This document shows, piece after piece, positions 19,170 to 28,636 of a stretch of DNA of 64,000 bases (positions within the stretch are counted from its first letter, which is position 1; every line of letters begins with the position of its first letter). The stretch lies in assembly GCA_963713955.1 (NCBI GenBank), contig OY970216.1:570252-634251 (forward strand). Direction: 5' to 3'. The notes under the pieces were generated by a model that had not been told where the DNA came from, did not search any database, and was given only the letters and a program-made list of their open reading frames with translations. The translations under genes and the position numbers were made by a program. The stretch is from an uncultured bacterium (GTDB taxonomy: Bacteria; Patescibacteriota; Minisyncoccia; UBA6257; GWB1-50-10).

Positions 19170-19205
19170 CCTGCCGATATGGCGGGTTTTCTACTTTTAT
19201 ACAAC
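19170..19205 (+). terminator. Hairpin (cctgcc-gatat-ggcggg) followed by a T-rich tract
   Basis: The sequence is aaaacctgccgatatggcgggttttctacttttat. Confidence 0.4.
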
Positions 19206-19316
19206 CCCCACCTTTCAGAACTATAAATGTAATAAGTGCGGCGAGCTTTCTAACATCTAACTAGAAGCCTTATAATTTCACTGGTATTACTCATTAAAAA
19301 GAGTTATCTTTTTGTT

Positions 19317-19823
19317 ATGGCGGAAAATAATGCTGCCTTTATTGACAGTAATAATCTTTATCAGGCGATCAAGAAGCTAGGCTGGAAACTAGATTATTTG
19401 AAATTTAAGACATATCTCTTAGAGAAATACAAAGTTAGAAATGCTTATCTATGTATTGGATACCTACCTCAGAATCAGGCAATGTATACCAACCTACAAC
19501 AGAGGGGTTATATTCTCGTTTTTAAACCAGTTTTAACACTCAAAGATGGCACCACGAAGGGTAACTGTGACGCCGATCTAGTTCTAAGGGCTATGATTGA
19601 ATATCCTAATTATGATAAAGCGGTGATCGTGGCCGGAGACGGAGATTATTATTCCTTAATCGATTACTTGAAATCTAAAGATAAACTGGAGCAAGTTCTG
19701 ATTCCAAATGAGTTCAGGTATTCAGCACTATTAAAAAAGGTCAATGACGAACACTTAAAATACACTTCTTTCATAAGTAGGTTGAGAAATAAGTTGGAAT
19801 ATTTTAGCACTGAAGCCTCATAA
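19317..19823 (+). CDS. NYN-domain (LabA-like PIN-fold) protein
   Basis: The acidic residues are arranged as in PF01936: IDSNNLY, GNCDADLVL and VIVAGDGDYYSLIDYL. The gene lies in an AT-rich islet. Confidence 0.65.
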   Translation: MAENNAAFIDSNNLYQAIKKLGWKLDYLKFKTYLLEKYKVRNAYLCIGYLPQNQAMYTNLQQRGYILVFKPVLTLKDGTTKGNCDADLVLRAMIEYPNYDKAVIVAGDGDYYSLIDYLKSKDKLEQVLIPNEFRYSALLKKVNDEHLKYTSFISRLRNKLEYFSTEAS

Positions 19824-20112
19824 AAATGAAAAGGGCCCCAGAAGGATTGAACCCCAAGGGAGCCTTTTCGTGGTGATACAATATAAATATACACCCCCTC
19901 CTATTGGGAAGTCAAAAGCCGAACGAACGGCTGCCTGTGGATAACCGATAACCCAGCGATTTCTCCTTTATTAACAGCATTCCAACATTGTCCCACTCGG
20001 AGAGCTGGATGCTATAGCGCAGCATATCAACGTATGTAAGCATGGCATAGGAAAAAGAGTAAATCCCGCATAGACCGAAATCTAGCGGGATTTATCGGCA
20101 ATGTAGATATAC

Positions 20113-20997
20113 TCATTCTGTTTCTTTGAAGCCTATCATAACCAGCCCCTTGTGCTCGGTCATAAATCTATTGTCCGGCTGAATCTTTAAAAGTTCTGTT
20201 CTCAGCTCATTTTCAAAATCTTTCAGGCGATCCACGAAAAGACTCTTTGCCGCATAAGAGGTGGTAAATTGTTCGGCGATCACCTCATCAACCGTCTTCA
20301 CGACCGAGGGAAAGAAATAATTGAATTTTTCTATTCGCTTGAAGCCAGCTTCCCGAAGATAAACGTCGAAAGATTTCTCGGGAGCTTTGAATTTTCCCTC
20401 TGTCGTTCTCCGCTCGGGCCCAAGATATTTTTTAATAACCTCAACGATCTTCCGTTCCCAAGCGGTGGGTGCATTGGTCCAAATGCTCTTGCCGCTCAAG
20501 ATCACTACGGCTCCATCCTCCGTCAAAAGCTTGTGGCTCAAAGAAAGCACCTTCTCTACATCCAGCCAGTGGAGAGCTTGAGCAAAAACCACACACTTGA
20601 ACCGACCCAGTTTATCATCCAAATCTTCTGCCCTACTCACGATCCACGTAACATTGCTGACTCCTAAATCTCCAGCTCGCTTTTTAGCCTCCTTGATCAT
20701 ATCCCCACTCGCATCTACGGCAACAATCTCATTAAAATATTTGACGAAAGGAAAAGTGGATCTACCGTCACCACACCCTATATCCAGCAAGCGCTCATTC
20801 CCGGCCAGATGGAGTTTCTCCGCAATGGTTCGGATGGTCTCTTCGGGGTACTCTCTACGATACTTAGTATAGGTTTTTGCCACTCCGGGAAATAAGTCCA
20901 TGGTTAAACTATAATCCAAATGCTCTTTACCGTCGACGAGTTCAAGAAGACATATGAAGAGGATAGGATGGAGATATCCGAGTTGGAATTGCCGCAC
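20113..20997 (-). CDS. Class I SAM-dependent methyltransferase
   Basis: Motif I is LLDIGCGDGRST, followed by VAVDASGDMI. A downstream hairpin (aaatcccgc/gcgggattt) on the minus strand looks like a terminator. Confidence 0.7.
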   Translation of the reverse strand: MRQFQLGYLHPILFICLLELVDGKEHLDYSLTMDLFPGVAKTYTKYRREYPEETIRTIAEKLHLAGNERLLDIGCGDGRSTFPFVKYFNEIVAVDASGDMIKEAKKRAGDLGVSNVTWIVSRAEDLDDKLGRFKCVVFAQALHWLDVEKVLSLSHKLLTEDGAVVILSGKSIWTNAPTAWERKIVEVIKKYLGPERRTTEGKFKAPEKSFDVYLREAGFKRIEKFNYFFPSVVKTVDEVIAEQFTTSYAAKSLFVDRLKDFENELRTELLKIQPDNRFMTEHKGLVMIGFKETE

Positions 20998-21169
20998 CCA
21001 GCAATTATGTCCTCCTTGTTTTCTGGTTCTCTTTATCAGAAAATGATCTTACGAGTTCACTGAACGGTAAAAGTTGAGTAAGTCCACACGTTCGAACAAC
21101 GTTCAAGCTCCGTAGCAAATCAAATTCAACATCAATAATTTAATAAAGAAAAATCAATATCAGATCTTT

Positions 21170-21595
21170 TTGTTTGCTTGCCCCGCAAACCTGCCTTTTA
21201 GTTTCGCAATACATCCATGGCTCGTGGTCAATCGCAAGGGAGTGATCTCGCGGTGGGAGGTCTCTGCCACAAAATGGCAACGCATCATGTGTTGGGGTCA
21301 CCTAAACAAGGATTTGTTTCCGCCATTTCAGGGAATAGGAATATTTCCGTTTCTACGAACGTTTCACTGGAAAGGTAAACTGCTGCGTTGTATAGAAGGA
21401 GATGAAAAATCGCTAGCGGCGCAGATGGTTGAGTTCATTGAGCAATCCGATAAAATTTATCCGTACAGCCAGACGTACTCTCTCATTGGACCAAACAGCA
21501 ACACCTATGTGCAGTGGATTCTCAATCACTTTCCACAATCGAACATGCGTTTGCCGTGGAATGCGCTTGGAAAGAATAAAATGCCTAAAAATTAG
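21170..21595 (+). CDS. Hypothetical protein (141 aa)
   Basis: An ORF with no confident family assignment. The GTTCGAAC motif lies upstream. Confidence 0.35.
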   Translation: MFACPANLPFSFAIHPWLVVNRKGVISRWEVSATKWQRIMCWGHLNKDLFPPFQGIGIFPFLRTFHWKGKLLRCIEGDEKSLAAQMVEFIEQSDKIYPYSQTYSLIGPNSNTYVQWILNHFPQSNMRLPWNALGKNKMPKN

Positions 21596-21692
21596 GCAAT
21601 TTCTTTCCCTTCTATTATCGTTCGAAAATCGTCCAAGCCAGCCACAGTCAGCGCAGTACCGAGGGAAACCAAAGAGGATCGAGTCCCTCCGA

Positions 21693-22313
21693 TCAAAATA
21701 CTATTCCTAACTTTCTAAGTTTACCCTCTAAATCTTCCTGTCCTCGAAAGAGTATCGTCATCATCCCAACCTCTCGGGCTACTGCCACATTTCTCTCTGT
21801 ATCATCAACAAATAGACATTCCTCTGGCTTCGCACCTAATCCTCTAAGAGTCAGCTCATAGATCCTCTCATCGGGCTTAGCGAGTCCTGAATAAGCAGAA
21901 CTCACCATCACGCGGAAGTAATCGTCGAGTTTGTACTTTCCGCGTTTGAAATCGAACCATTCCTTACTAGTGTTTGTGAGAGCCGCCAGCTCATAATGCG
22001 GCTTCAACTTGGAGAGTAAATCCAACATACTCTCAATCGGCTTCTGGCACTTTCTCCAGAGTTCTTTTGCGCGTTCAATGTCGATAACCCGAGTACCGGC
22101 TGTTTTGAGGAATATTGTCCAGAATTCATCCTCGGTTATCTGACCGATACGGAACTGAGGCCATGCAGCATTCCATCCTCTTTTCATGTCGTCAGGGGAG
22201 ATGCTAAAGCTAGCAGTGTATACATCATATTGTTCAGAATCACCATGATACCAAACGTCGTCATCTGTTAGAATCACATTTCCGAGATCAAAAATTATTA
22301 TTTTTGGAGGCAT
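21693..22313 (-). CDS. HAD-superfamily hydrolase
   Basis: Motif I is IIFDLGNVIL (DxG), and motif IV is FVDDTERN. Confidence 0.7.
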   Translation of the reverse strand: MPPKIIIFDLGNVILTDDDVWYHGDSEQYDVYTASFSISPDDMKRGWNAAWPQFRIGQITEDEFWTIFLKTAGTRVIDIERAKELWRKCQKPIESMLDLLSKLKPHYELAALTNTSKEWFDFKRGKYKLDDYFRVMVSSAYSGLAKPDERIYELTLRGLGAKPEECLFVDDTERNVAVAREVGMMTILFRGQEDLEGKLRKLGIVF

Positions 22314-22567
22314 AACTACGTTTCAACTTTAAGGGCCAGGGTCTAATTTATTATACACGGGGACCGGTTGATCCTGAAAAGAGATAGTGAGTAGTAGAGT
22401 GGGGTAGAGGATTACACGTTAGCGTATTCTTTCAAATCGGGGATGTGAATATACTCATTTTGCCGTTGTATAATAGTTCTAACGCTGTTTACAACGTGCA
22501 GCTAAAAAATACTCATCTGAAAACATAAAGCCCCACAACGAAGTGGGGCAATGTGATTCCGAATCGA

Positions 22568-22859
22568 TTACAATCTCTTGAACAACGCCAGTTTTTCGCC
22601 CTGGAACGTATCGAAACCCAGACCCTTAAAGAGATGGGGACGACCGGTGATCGCAAAAATCTCCTTGATGTTTCTATTCTTCGCAAGGGCAAGACATTTG
22701 CGTACCAACTGAGTTCCTATCCCGGACCCATGGTATTCTTTGTTCACCGCCAAGCTTCTAACTTCAGCAATTCTCTTGGAATAGATATCAAGGGCGCAGC
22801 AACCGATAATCTTGCCGTCTTCAACCGCAACAAAGAAACGGTTTATGGACGGAATCTCG
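22568..22859 (-). pseudogene. GNAT N-acetyltransferase fragment (ArgA-like C-terminal domain), 5'-truncated by IS copy 2
   Basis: The acetyl-CoA motif is present (LAVNKEYHGSGIGTQLV). The ORF's 5' end runs into the IS terminus at 22860. Confidence 0.55.
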
Positions 22860-22913
22860 TGTTCCGGATAGGAAAATTTAGACACAAAGGTCGGAACAAA
22901 TTACCATTGTGTC

Positions 22914-23177
22914 ATGGCTAACAAAAAAGGATATCGGGTAGCGAAAGAGGTAAAAGCGGAGATTGTCCGCCGCGTGAAGGAAGAAGGCGTCTCCGTCGCA
23001 GAAGCGGCAAAAGATGCAGGCGTCCACGAGACAACCGTGTATGGATGGCTCGGCGCCGGTGCCACGAGCGCTCCCTCCTGGGGAGAAATCAATCGCCTAA
23101 AGAAACAGAATCAGGAACTCTTCGAAGTGATCGGTGAACTCACGATCAAGCTGTCCCAGACCCAAAAAAAGAATTGA
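22914..23177 (+). CDS. IS3-family transposase OrfA
   Basis: Identical to the OrfA at 18604-18867. Confidence 0.8.
   Translation: MANKKGYRVAKEVKAEIVRRVKEEGVSVAEAAKDAGVHETTVYGWLGAGATSAPSWGEINRLKKQNQELFEVIGELTIKLSQTQKKN
23165..23171 (+). promoter_or_regulatory. Programmed -1 ribosomal frameshift heptamer A_AAA_AAG at the OrfA/OrfB overlap
   Basis: The sequence cccAAAAAAAGaattga places the slippery site 2 codons before the OrfA stop. OrfB is in the -1 frame. Confidence 0.6.
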
Positions 23178-23956
23178 GCAGGGAAAGGAACGTATCCGCC
23201 CTGGCTCGCGCCATGGGTGTCTCGCGCTCATCGCTCTATTACGTCGCAACGCAGGACAAGAAGGATTGGGCATTAAAGGTCCGGACGGAGGAGGTGCTTC
23301 ACGAGCATCCCTCATACGGCTCACGCCGACTGGCGATTGCGCTCGGCATCGGCAGACCGAGAGCGCAACGGGTCATGCGGATTTACGGCATCAAGCCCTA
23401 CCGCAGGCATGGGAGAAAATACAGGAAATCCAAGGCGGAACGGCACTTCCCGAACCTCCTCCTCGGCATTATGCCATCATATGCGAACCATGTCTGGGCG
23501 ACGGATTTCACGGAGCTTGTCTTTCACGGGAAGAAGCTGTACGTATCAACGATCCTTAACCTGTTTACGAGGCAACTGATGGGCGTTCATGTGGCGACCC
23601 GGAAGGGATCGACGCTCACCATCCAAACTCTGGCGAACGCGCTCTTCCATTGCCCGCGACCCGTGATCTTCCATTCTGACAACGGGAGGGAATACGAAGC
23701 GAAGGCGTTCATCGCTATGCTTGAGCGCTACGGCATCACCATCTCCCGCTCACGCCCCGGATCGCCGTGGGAGAACGGATACCAAGAATCTTTCTACGGA
23801 AAATTCAAAATGGATCTTGGCGATCCTAATCGGTTCAGATCCTTAGGGGAACTTGTGGCGGAGATCTACCGAACGCTTTGGGAGTACAACCATACAAGAA
23901 TCCACTCCGCTCTCAGGATGCCGCCTTCGGTGTTTGCAGAGAAGATAGCAGTGTGA
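23174..23956 (+). CDS. IS3-family transposase OrfB (rve)
   Basis: Identical to the OrfB at 17825-18607. Confidence 0.85.
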   Translation: MSRERNVSALARAMGVSRSSLYYVATQDKKDWALKVRTEEVLHEHPSYGSRRLAIALGIGRPRAQRVMRIYGIKPYRRHGRKYRKSKAERHFPNLLLGIMPSYANHVWATDFTELVFHGKKLYVSTILNLFTRQLMGVHVATRKGSTLTIQTLANALFHCPRPVIFHSDNGREYEAKAFIAMLERYGITISRSRPGSPWENGYQESFYGKFKMDLGDPNRFRSLGELVAEIYRTLWEYNHTRIHSALRMPPSVFAEKIAV

Positions 23957-24018
23957 GAGAATGAAAAAACGACGAGAAAACTTGTCGAGTGACTGTCTAA
24001 AGAAACCTATCCATCACA

Positions 24019-24171
24019 ATCAGAGAGTCTCGTGGAATCTCTTCCCTGAGCCAGGAGCTGGGAGGGGTTCAAGACCAGGACGACGGCGGTCGCTAAGACG
24101 GCAAGGATCGCGATCACGACAAGGAGCTCGATCAATGTAAAAGATTCTCTGCTTCGGGAGTGGAAATTCAT
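24019..24171 (-). pseudogene. 5' fragment of a type IV pilin/pseudopilin-like gene, truncated by IS copy 2
   Basis: The minus-strand ATG at 24171 gives MNFHSRSRESFTLIELLVVIAIL..., which is a prepilin-type N-terminal cleavage/methylation motif. The frame runs into the IS end. Confidence 0.5.
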
Positions 24172-24189
24172 CTATTCAATTATAACATT

Positions 24190-25056
24190 TCAGTTGATGG
24201 TCTGGGGATTCTTGCCTTCTACCTGTATCTCCTTTAGCTTTAATTTCCCACCGATAATCTCCGACTCAAGCAGTTTGGTTCGTTTTCCGCCGATAATAGA
24301 CCATGTTCCCGGCTCCGGATTCAAACCGCGGATTTTTCTGTCTATCGCGACAGCAACGTCGCCGCCACCTTTTTGCGCTTCTTCCAAATCGCTCTCGGAG
24401 ACAAAAGCATCTTCGGAAGTAAACTTCTTGGTGTACGTCGCTTTTGACTCATCCTGCGCCGTCGGCTCTATCTCACCGCTCAAAAATCTCGGAATCGTCT
24501 CAATAAGCAAGTCCGCCGAAAGTTTCGCCAGCTTGTCGTGCAAAGTACTATATGTCTCTCTACTTTCTACTTGATACTTTCTACTCGCTACTATCGCCCC
24601 GTGATCCACTTTTTCATCCATGAGAATCAGCGTCGTGCCGGTTTCCTCGTCGCCGTTCAAAATAGCCGCCTGGATCGGAGTTGCACCGCGGTATTTGGGG
24701 AGAAGGGAAGGATGAACGACGATGATACCCTTGGGAAATAGTTCAATGACTCCTTTTGGGATTATTTTCCCGTAGGAGGCGAGGACGGCAAAACTGGGAC
24801 GGTCAGTATCAGGTAGCGAGTATAAAGTATTAAGTATGTCCTCGACTTTTTCCGGCTGAAGGATTTTGATACTACTCTTTATACTTTCTACTTGATTCTC
24901 TATACATAATTTGACGGGCGAGGAGGTCATGATTTGCTTTCGCCCGATCGGCCGATCGGGATTCGTGATAACGAGCGAGGGCGACATGCCGGCATCAATC
25001 AACCGCTCCAATATCACGGCGGAGAATTCAGGTGTCCCAAAGAATACATAGTTCAT
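24190..25056 (-). CDS. fmt: Methionyl-tRNA formyltransferase
   Basis: The N-terminus reads NYVFFGTPEFS. The formyl-transferase motif HPSLLPKYRG and the C-terminal domain are present. The gene lies downstream of def. Confidence 0.85.
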   Translation of the reverse strand: MNYVFFGTPEFSAVILERLIDAGMSPSLVITNPDRPIGRKQIMTSSPVKLCIENQVESIKSSIKILQPEKVEDILNTLYSLPDTDRPSFAVLASYGKIIPKGVIELFPKGIIVVHPSLLPKYRGATPIQAAILNGDEETGTTLILMDEKVDHGAIVASRKYQVESRETYSTLHDKLAKLSADLLIETIPRFLSGEIEPTAQDESKATYTKKFTSEDAFVSESDLEEAQKGGGDVAVAIDRKIRGLNPEPGTWSIIGGKRTKLLESEIIGGKLKLKEIQVEGKNPQTIN

Positions 25057-25084
25057 AGATCGGGGATATGTTTATTCATTCCAA

Positions 25085-25624
25085 CTACTCGCTACTGATT
25101 ACCGGTACTTCAACCTTGTGCAGTGCCTTCGCCTTGTCGATGAAAACCTTGCCGTCCAAGTGGTCAACCTCGTGTTGGAACACTCTCGCGAGGAGCCCCC
25201 ATGCTTTTATCCTTATCTTCTTGCCATCGGCATTCTGGCCGTCGAGAACCACTCGGTAGTGGCGCTCAACCGGACCGAAGGTCTGGGGCACGCTGAGACA
25301 CCCTTCTTCCATTTCCTCGACTTCTTTGGAAAGTTTCGATAAGACGGGATTGAACACGGCGTAAAATTTCATATGGCCCTGATCGTCCGGAACCTGCGCG
25401 ACAAACATGCAATAGGGGAGACCCACCTGATTTGCTGAAAGTCCTATGCCGTCAGCTTCCCTCATGATCTGCCTCATTTCCCTGACGAGATTTTTTACTT
25501 CCGTTTTGGCATGACCTGAAAAATCGAAAGGCTGGGTTCCAGAACGCAAAAACTTCTCGTCGTTCTTGTCGGCAACCTCCAAAATCCTGTGCTTGTTATT
25601 TGTCTCCATCTTTTTTATTCCCAT
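25085..25624 (-). CDS. def: Peptide deformylase
   Basis: The three deformylase motifs are present: GIGLSANQVG, EGCLSVP and HEVDHLDG. Confidence 0.85.
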   Translation of the reverse strand: MGIKKMETNNKHRILEVADKNDEKFLRSGTQPFDFSGHAKTEVKNLVREMRQIMREADGIGLSANQVGLPYCMFVAQVPDDQGHMKFYAVFNPVLSKLSKEVEEMEEGCLSVPQTFGPVERHYRVVLDGQNADGKKIRIKAWGLLARVFQHEVDHLDGKVFIDKAKALHKVEVPVISSE

Positions 25625-25868
25625 CGAAAAGAACTCTCATGAAATAAGCTCCCTTGTTTTTCACGTTCTTATTCCCGGCAACCCGCTTTGCGAGGCTCAA
25701 AAGTTCTCCCTTATCCCGCTCTTTGGCCAGCTTGATGTACAATGCCTTATGCTTCAAATCGCTTAAAATGTCAGCCAGCATGAGGCCCGTATCCTGGAAT
25801 TCTTTGTACACATGGCCTTTTTTTCCTCTTTCCTTGAGCTTCTCAAGGTAATTATCATCGAGAGCCAT
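25596..25868 (-). CDS. Hypothetical lysine-rich protein (90 aa)
   Basis: An ORF that overlaps the def start by 29 nt. It has no recognisable motifs. Confidence 0.3.
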   Translation of the reverse strand: MALDDNYLEKLKERGKKGHVYKEFQDTGLMLADILSDLKHKALYIKLAKERDKGELLSLAKRVAGNKNVKNKGAYFMRVLFDGNKKDGDK

Positions 25869-25898
25869 TGAAGAAATTATATGCTACAATTCGGTTTG

Positions 25899-26468
25899 AT
25901 GACAAACGCGCGGCGGCTTTTCGTGAGTGTGAAGATTCCGGAAGAAATAAAGCGGGAAACGGCACATATTTTGAACTCGGTGAAATTGCCCCAAAAATTC
26001 GCCGCAAGATTCCTACCGGAGAAAGGCTGACACCTGACGCTCCTCTTCCTGGGATCCGTCGCGGAGGCAGATGTTCCGCTCGTGACCGAGGCTGTCGAAA
26101 AAGCCGGACGGACGACGGGAGGAAAGGGCATAGGGATAAATTTCGAAGAGATCACTTTCGGACCGGAGGGGAAATTCAAGAGAATGATTTGGCTCACAAC
26201 CAGCAAGGAAACAAGCGTCCTCCTCGGCAGAATGAAAAACGAACTGAAAAAGAATCTCGGCGAAAAAGGAATCGGATGCGAGGAAAAGGAAAGAGAATTC
26301 GACGGACACGTGACACTCGCGAGATTCCTGCCGGCCGCGCCGACCGAGCTGCCGGACGTGCGGCAAAGCGTTCTCTTCCGGTTCCGGGCCGGTAAGATGT
26401 ATCTCACGGAATCGCACCTCAGCCGCTCCGGCGCCGAATACGAAGACCTCATGGAGGTTGATTTATAA
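25899..26468 (+). pseudogene. thpR: RNA 2',3'-cyclic phosphodiesterase / 2'-5' RNA ligase (LigT/ThpR, 2H family) interrupted by one in-frame TGA
   Basis: The ATG gives MTNARRLFVSVKIPEEIKRE...FLPEKG. An in-frame TGA follows at 26028-26030, and then HLTLLFLG (first HxTx motif) continues through FDGHVTLARF (second HxTx motif) to a stop at 26468. Both catalytic motifs are intact. Confidence 0.6.
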
Positions 26469-27723
26469 GGGAATTAAATTAGAATGTAAAAGGATGAAAA
26501 ACAAACCGCGCATTTTGAGAACAGCCCTCATCACCATCTCGATCGCCGTCTTCGGGGCCGTTTTGTTTTACGCAGGCTTGAGACTTGGAACTTCAGGATA
26601 CTCTGGACCGGAGTACTCATATTCGATACCGCCGAATGGCACAAGTACACTCCTCGGCGGCGATTTCTCGCTCTTCTGGGATGCGGTGCAACTCGTGAAA
26701 GAAAAATATTACGATCCATCAGCTATCAACAACAACGAAATGCTCTACGGGGCTATCAACGGGGCTGTGGGATCGCTCGGCGATCCCTATTCGGTATTCT
26801 TTTCCCCAAGCGACTCAACGAAATTTGACCAGGACCTCTCCGGCAGCTTCGGAGGCATCGGAGCTGAGATAGGAACCAAAAACGGCCAAATAGTCGTTGT
26901 CGCCCCCCTCAAAGATACACCGGCTGACGAAGCCGGGCTCCGTGCCGGGGATGAGATACTGAAAGTGGACGGCACTTCAACGATGAACATGACGCCGGAC
27001 GATGCCGTGAAGATCATACGGGGGAACATCGGGACAACCGTCAAGCTTCTCGTCATGAGGGATGGATGGAAAGAAGCGAAGGAATTCACCCTGACGAGAG
27101 TCTTGATCAGCGTCCCGACGCTCGACTGGAAAATGATCGACGGCGACATCGCCTACGTACAACTCTATAATTTCAATTCCAACGCCGCGTCCAAGTTCTA
27201 CGACGCGGCTCTCGGAGCCCTCACGGGGCGCGCGAAAGGAATGATACTGGACTTGAGAGACAACCCGGGAGGGTTTCTGGATGCGGCTCAAAACATAGCC
27301 GGCTGGTTCCTGAACCGCGGAGACACAATCGTCACGGAAAAATTCAGGGGGAACGCTGAGCAATCTCTCATCGCGAACGGCAATGAAGCCCTTGCCAAAA
27401 TGCCGACTGTGCTCATCGTGAACGGCGGATCGGCATCGGCTTCTGAAATTTTGGCTGGCGCCCTCCGGGACGACCGGGGAGCGAAGCTCGTGGGCGTTCA
27501 AACCTTCGGCAAGGGGAGCGTGCAGGAGATAGAAGACCTGCCGGGAGGTTCCTCCATGAAGATTTCAATAGCCGAATGGCTGACGCCCGAGGGGACGACG
27601 ATCAATAAGATCGGCCTGAAACCCGACTACATCGTCCCCCTGACTGATGAAAACATCCAAAATAAGCAAGATCCGCAACTCGACAAGGCGATCGAAGTAT
27701 TGAAAGCGGAAATGGGACAATGA
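26458..27723 (+). CDS. ctpA: Carboxyl-terminal processing protease (S41 family, PDZ domain)
   Basis: An N-terminal transmembrane/signal segment is present. The PDZ domain reads GIGAEIG...[13 protein letters not shown]. The S41 region contains [13 protein letters not shown] and the [11 protein letters not shown] motif. Confidence 0.8.
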   Translation: MIYKGIKLECKRMKNKPRILRTALITISIAVFGAVLFYAGLRLGTSGYSGPEYSYSIPPNGTSTLLGGDFSLFWDAVQLVKEKYYDPSAINNNEMLYGAINGAVGSLGDPYSVFFSPSDSTKFDQDLSGSFGGIGAEIGTKNGQIVVVAPLKDTPADEAGLRAGDEILKVDGTSTMNMTPDDAVKIIRGNIGTTVKLLVMRDGWKEAKEFTLTRVLISVPTLDWKMIDGDIAYVQLYNFNSNAASKFYDAALGALTGRAKGMILDLRDNPGGFLDAAQNIAGWFLNRGDTIVTEKFRGNAEQSLIANGNEALAKMPTVLIVNGGSASASEILAGALRDDRGAKLVGVQTFGKGSVQEIEDLPGGSSMKISIAEWLTPEGTTINKIGLKPDYIVPLTDENIQNKQDPQLDKAIEVLKAEMGQ

Positions 27724-28157
27724 AGGTGATCCTCCTTAAAGACGTTATGGGTCTCGGGAAGAAAATGGAAGTGAAAAACGTTTCCGACGGGTACGCGAGA
27801 AATTTCTTGCTTCAAAAAAAGTTGGCGATACCAGCAACGCCGGACGAACTCAAGAGGCTCGAGAAACAGATGAGCGACGTAAACGCCAAGCGCGAGAAAC
27901 TCGTCGCCGATTTGAAGGTGAAAGCTGATCAAATAGAAAAGCTGGTTTTTCCCTTTAGGCTGAAAACGGGGGAGAAGGGAGAAGTATTCGGGGCCATTCA
28001 CGATAAAGACATAGAAGGGAAGCTCGCCGAGGCCGGGTTCGGCCATGCAACGGTGGAATTAGAAAAGCCGATAAAGATCATCGGCGAAACGTCCGTAACG
28101 GTAGACTTGGGAGAGAAAATAAAGGCTCAGGTGAAGATTATCGTCAAGCCGGAATAA
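27720..28157 (+). CDS. rplI: 50S ribosomal protein L9
   Basis: The protein begins [25 protein letters not shown] and is 145 aa long. Confidence 0.85.
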   Translation: MKVILLKDVMGLGKKMEVKNVSDGYARNFLLQKKLAIPATPDELKRLEKQMSDVNAKREKLVADLKVKADQIEKLVFPFRLKTGEKGEVFGAIHDKDIEGKLAEAGFGHATVELEKPIKIIGETSVTVDLGEKIKAQVKIIVKPE

Positions 28158-28422
28158 TATTCACCACTTTGACGGTTTTCTTCGATCCGTCGAAGCTGGT
28201 TTTCCTTTTACTCGCGAATTTCACCTTGCCGCTTTTGACTGAATAAAGGGTATCGTCTCTGCCTCTTTTGACATTGGTGCCGGGGTAATATTTCGTGCCG
28301 CGTTGTCTTACCAGTATGTCTCCAATTTTTGCCGTCTCGCCGTCAAAAAGCTTGACGCCCAAGCGCTTCGATTCCGATTCTCTTCCCAGTTTTGTGGATC
28401 CTTTTGCTTTGGTATGTGCCAT
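28144..28422 (-). CDS. rpmA: 50S ribosomal protein L27
   Basis: The N-terminus reads [24 protein letters not shown], and the protein is 92 aa long. Confidence 0.85.
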   Translation of the reverse strand: MAHTKAKGSTKLGRESESKRLGVKLFDGETAKIGDILVRQRGTKYYPGTNVKRGRDDTLYSVKSGKVKFASKRKTSFDGSKKTVKVVNIIPA

Positions 28423-28468
28423 AGATCGTTAAAGTTGTAAAATTAATAATAATCGAAAAGAGGGGATT

Positions 28469-28636
28469 ATGTCAACGATTTATCACAGAATCAAGAATTG
28501 GCTCGTGGAGCAGAAGGGGTGGATCACGCTCTGGGCGATAGCCGTTGTTCTTGTTCTGCTAAGCTTCGGTCTCGGCTATCTTCTCGGCAAGAGTGATAAC
28601 CCGGCGCCGATCATCATCGAGAAACATTCAAATTGA
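28469..28636 (+). CDS. Small membrane protein (about 55 aa); below the ORF-track size cutoff
   Basis: A strong SD (aaaagagggga) precedes the ATG. One transmembrane helix is predicted (WITLWAIAVVLVLLSFGLGYLLG). Confidence 0.3.
   Translation: MSTIYHRIKNWLVEQKGWITLWAIAVVLVLLSFGLGYLLGKSDNPAPIIIEKHSN

Larger units (their letters stand above)
22860..24018 (+). mobile_element. IS3-family insertion sequence, copy 2 (1159 bp; identical to copies 1 and 3)
   Basis: The terminal inverted repeats and internal sequence are identical to the other copies. No target-site duplication is evident. Confidence 0.85.

Noticed and set aside
25855-25925. Apparent 1-nt inconsistencies between my reading of the printed sequence and the ORF track
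   Set aside because: The discrepancies are an extra g near 25860/25861 and a missing t near 25920/25921. They are most likely my own mis-reading at line breaks. I used ORF-track coordinates, and the ligT TGA call is unaffected.
25868-26452. Long alternative-frame ORFs 25868-26395 (+) and 25877-26452 (-) overlapping ligT
   Set aside because: They encode Arg/Ser-rich low-complexity translations typical of out-of-frame reading of GC-rich coding DNA. ligT motifs lie in the other frame.
25899-26468. Alternative genetic code (UGA=Gly, code 25) or selenocysteine as the explanation for the in-frame TGA in ligT
   Set aside because: TGA terminates other well-formed genes in this window, for example patatin at 4666-4668. 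I see no SECIS-like hairpin after the codon, and the position is not a redox-active site.
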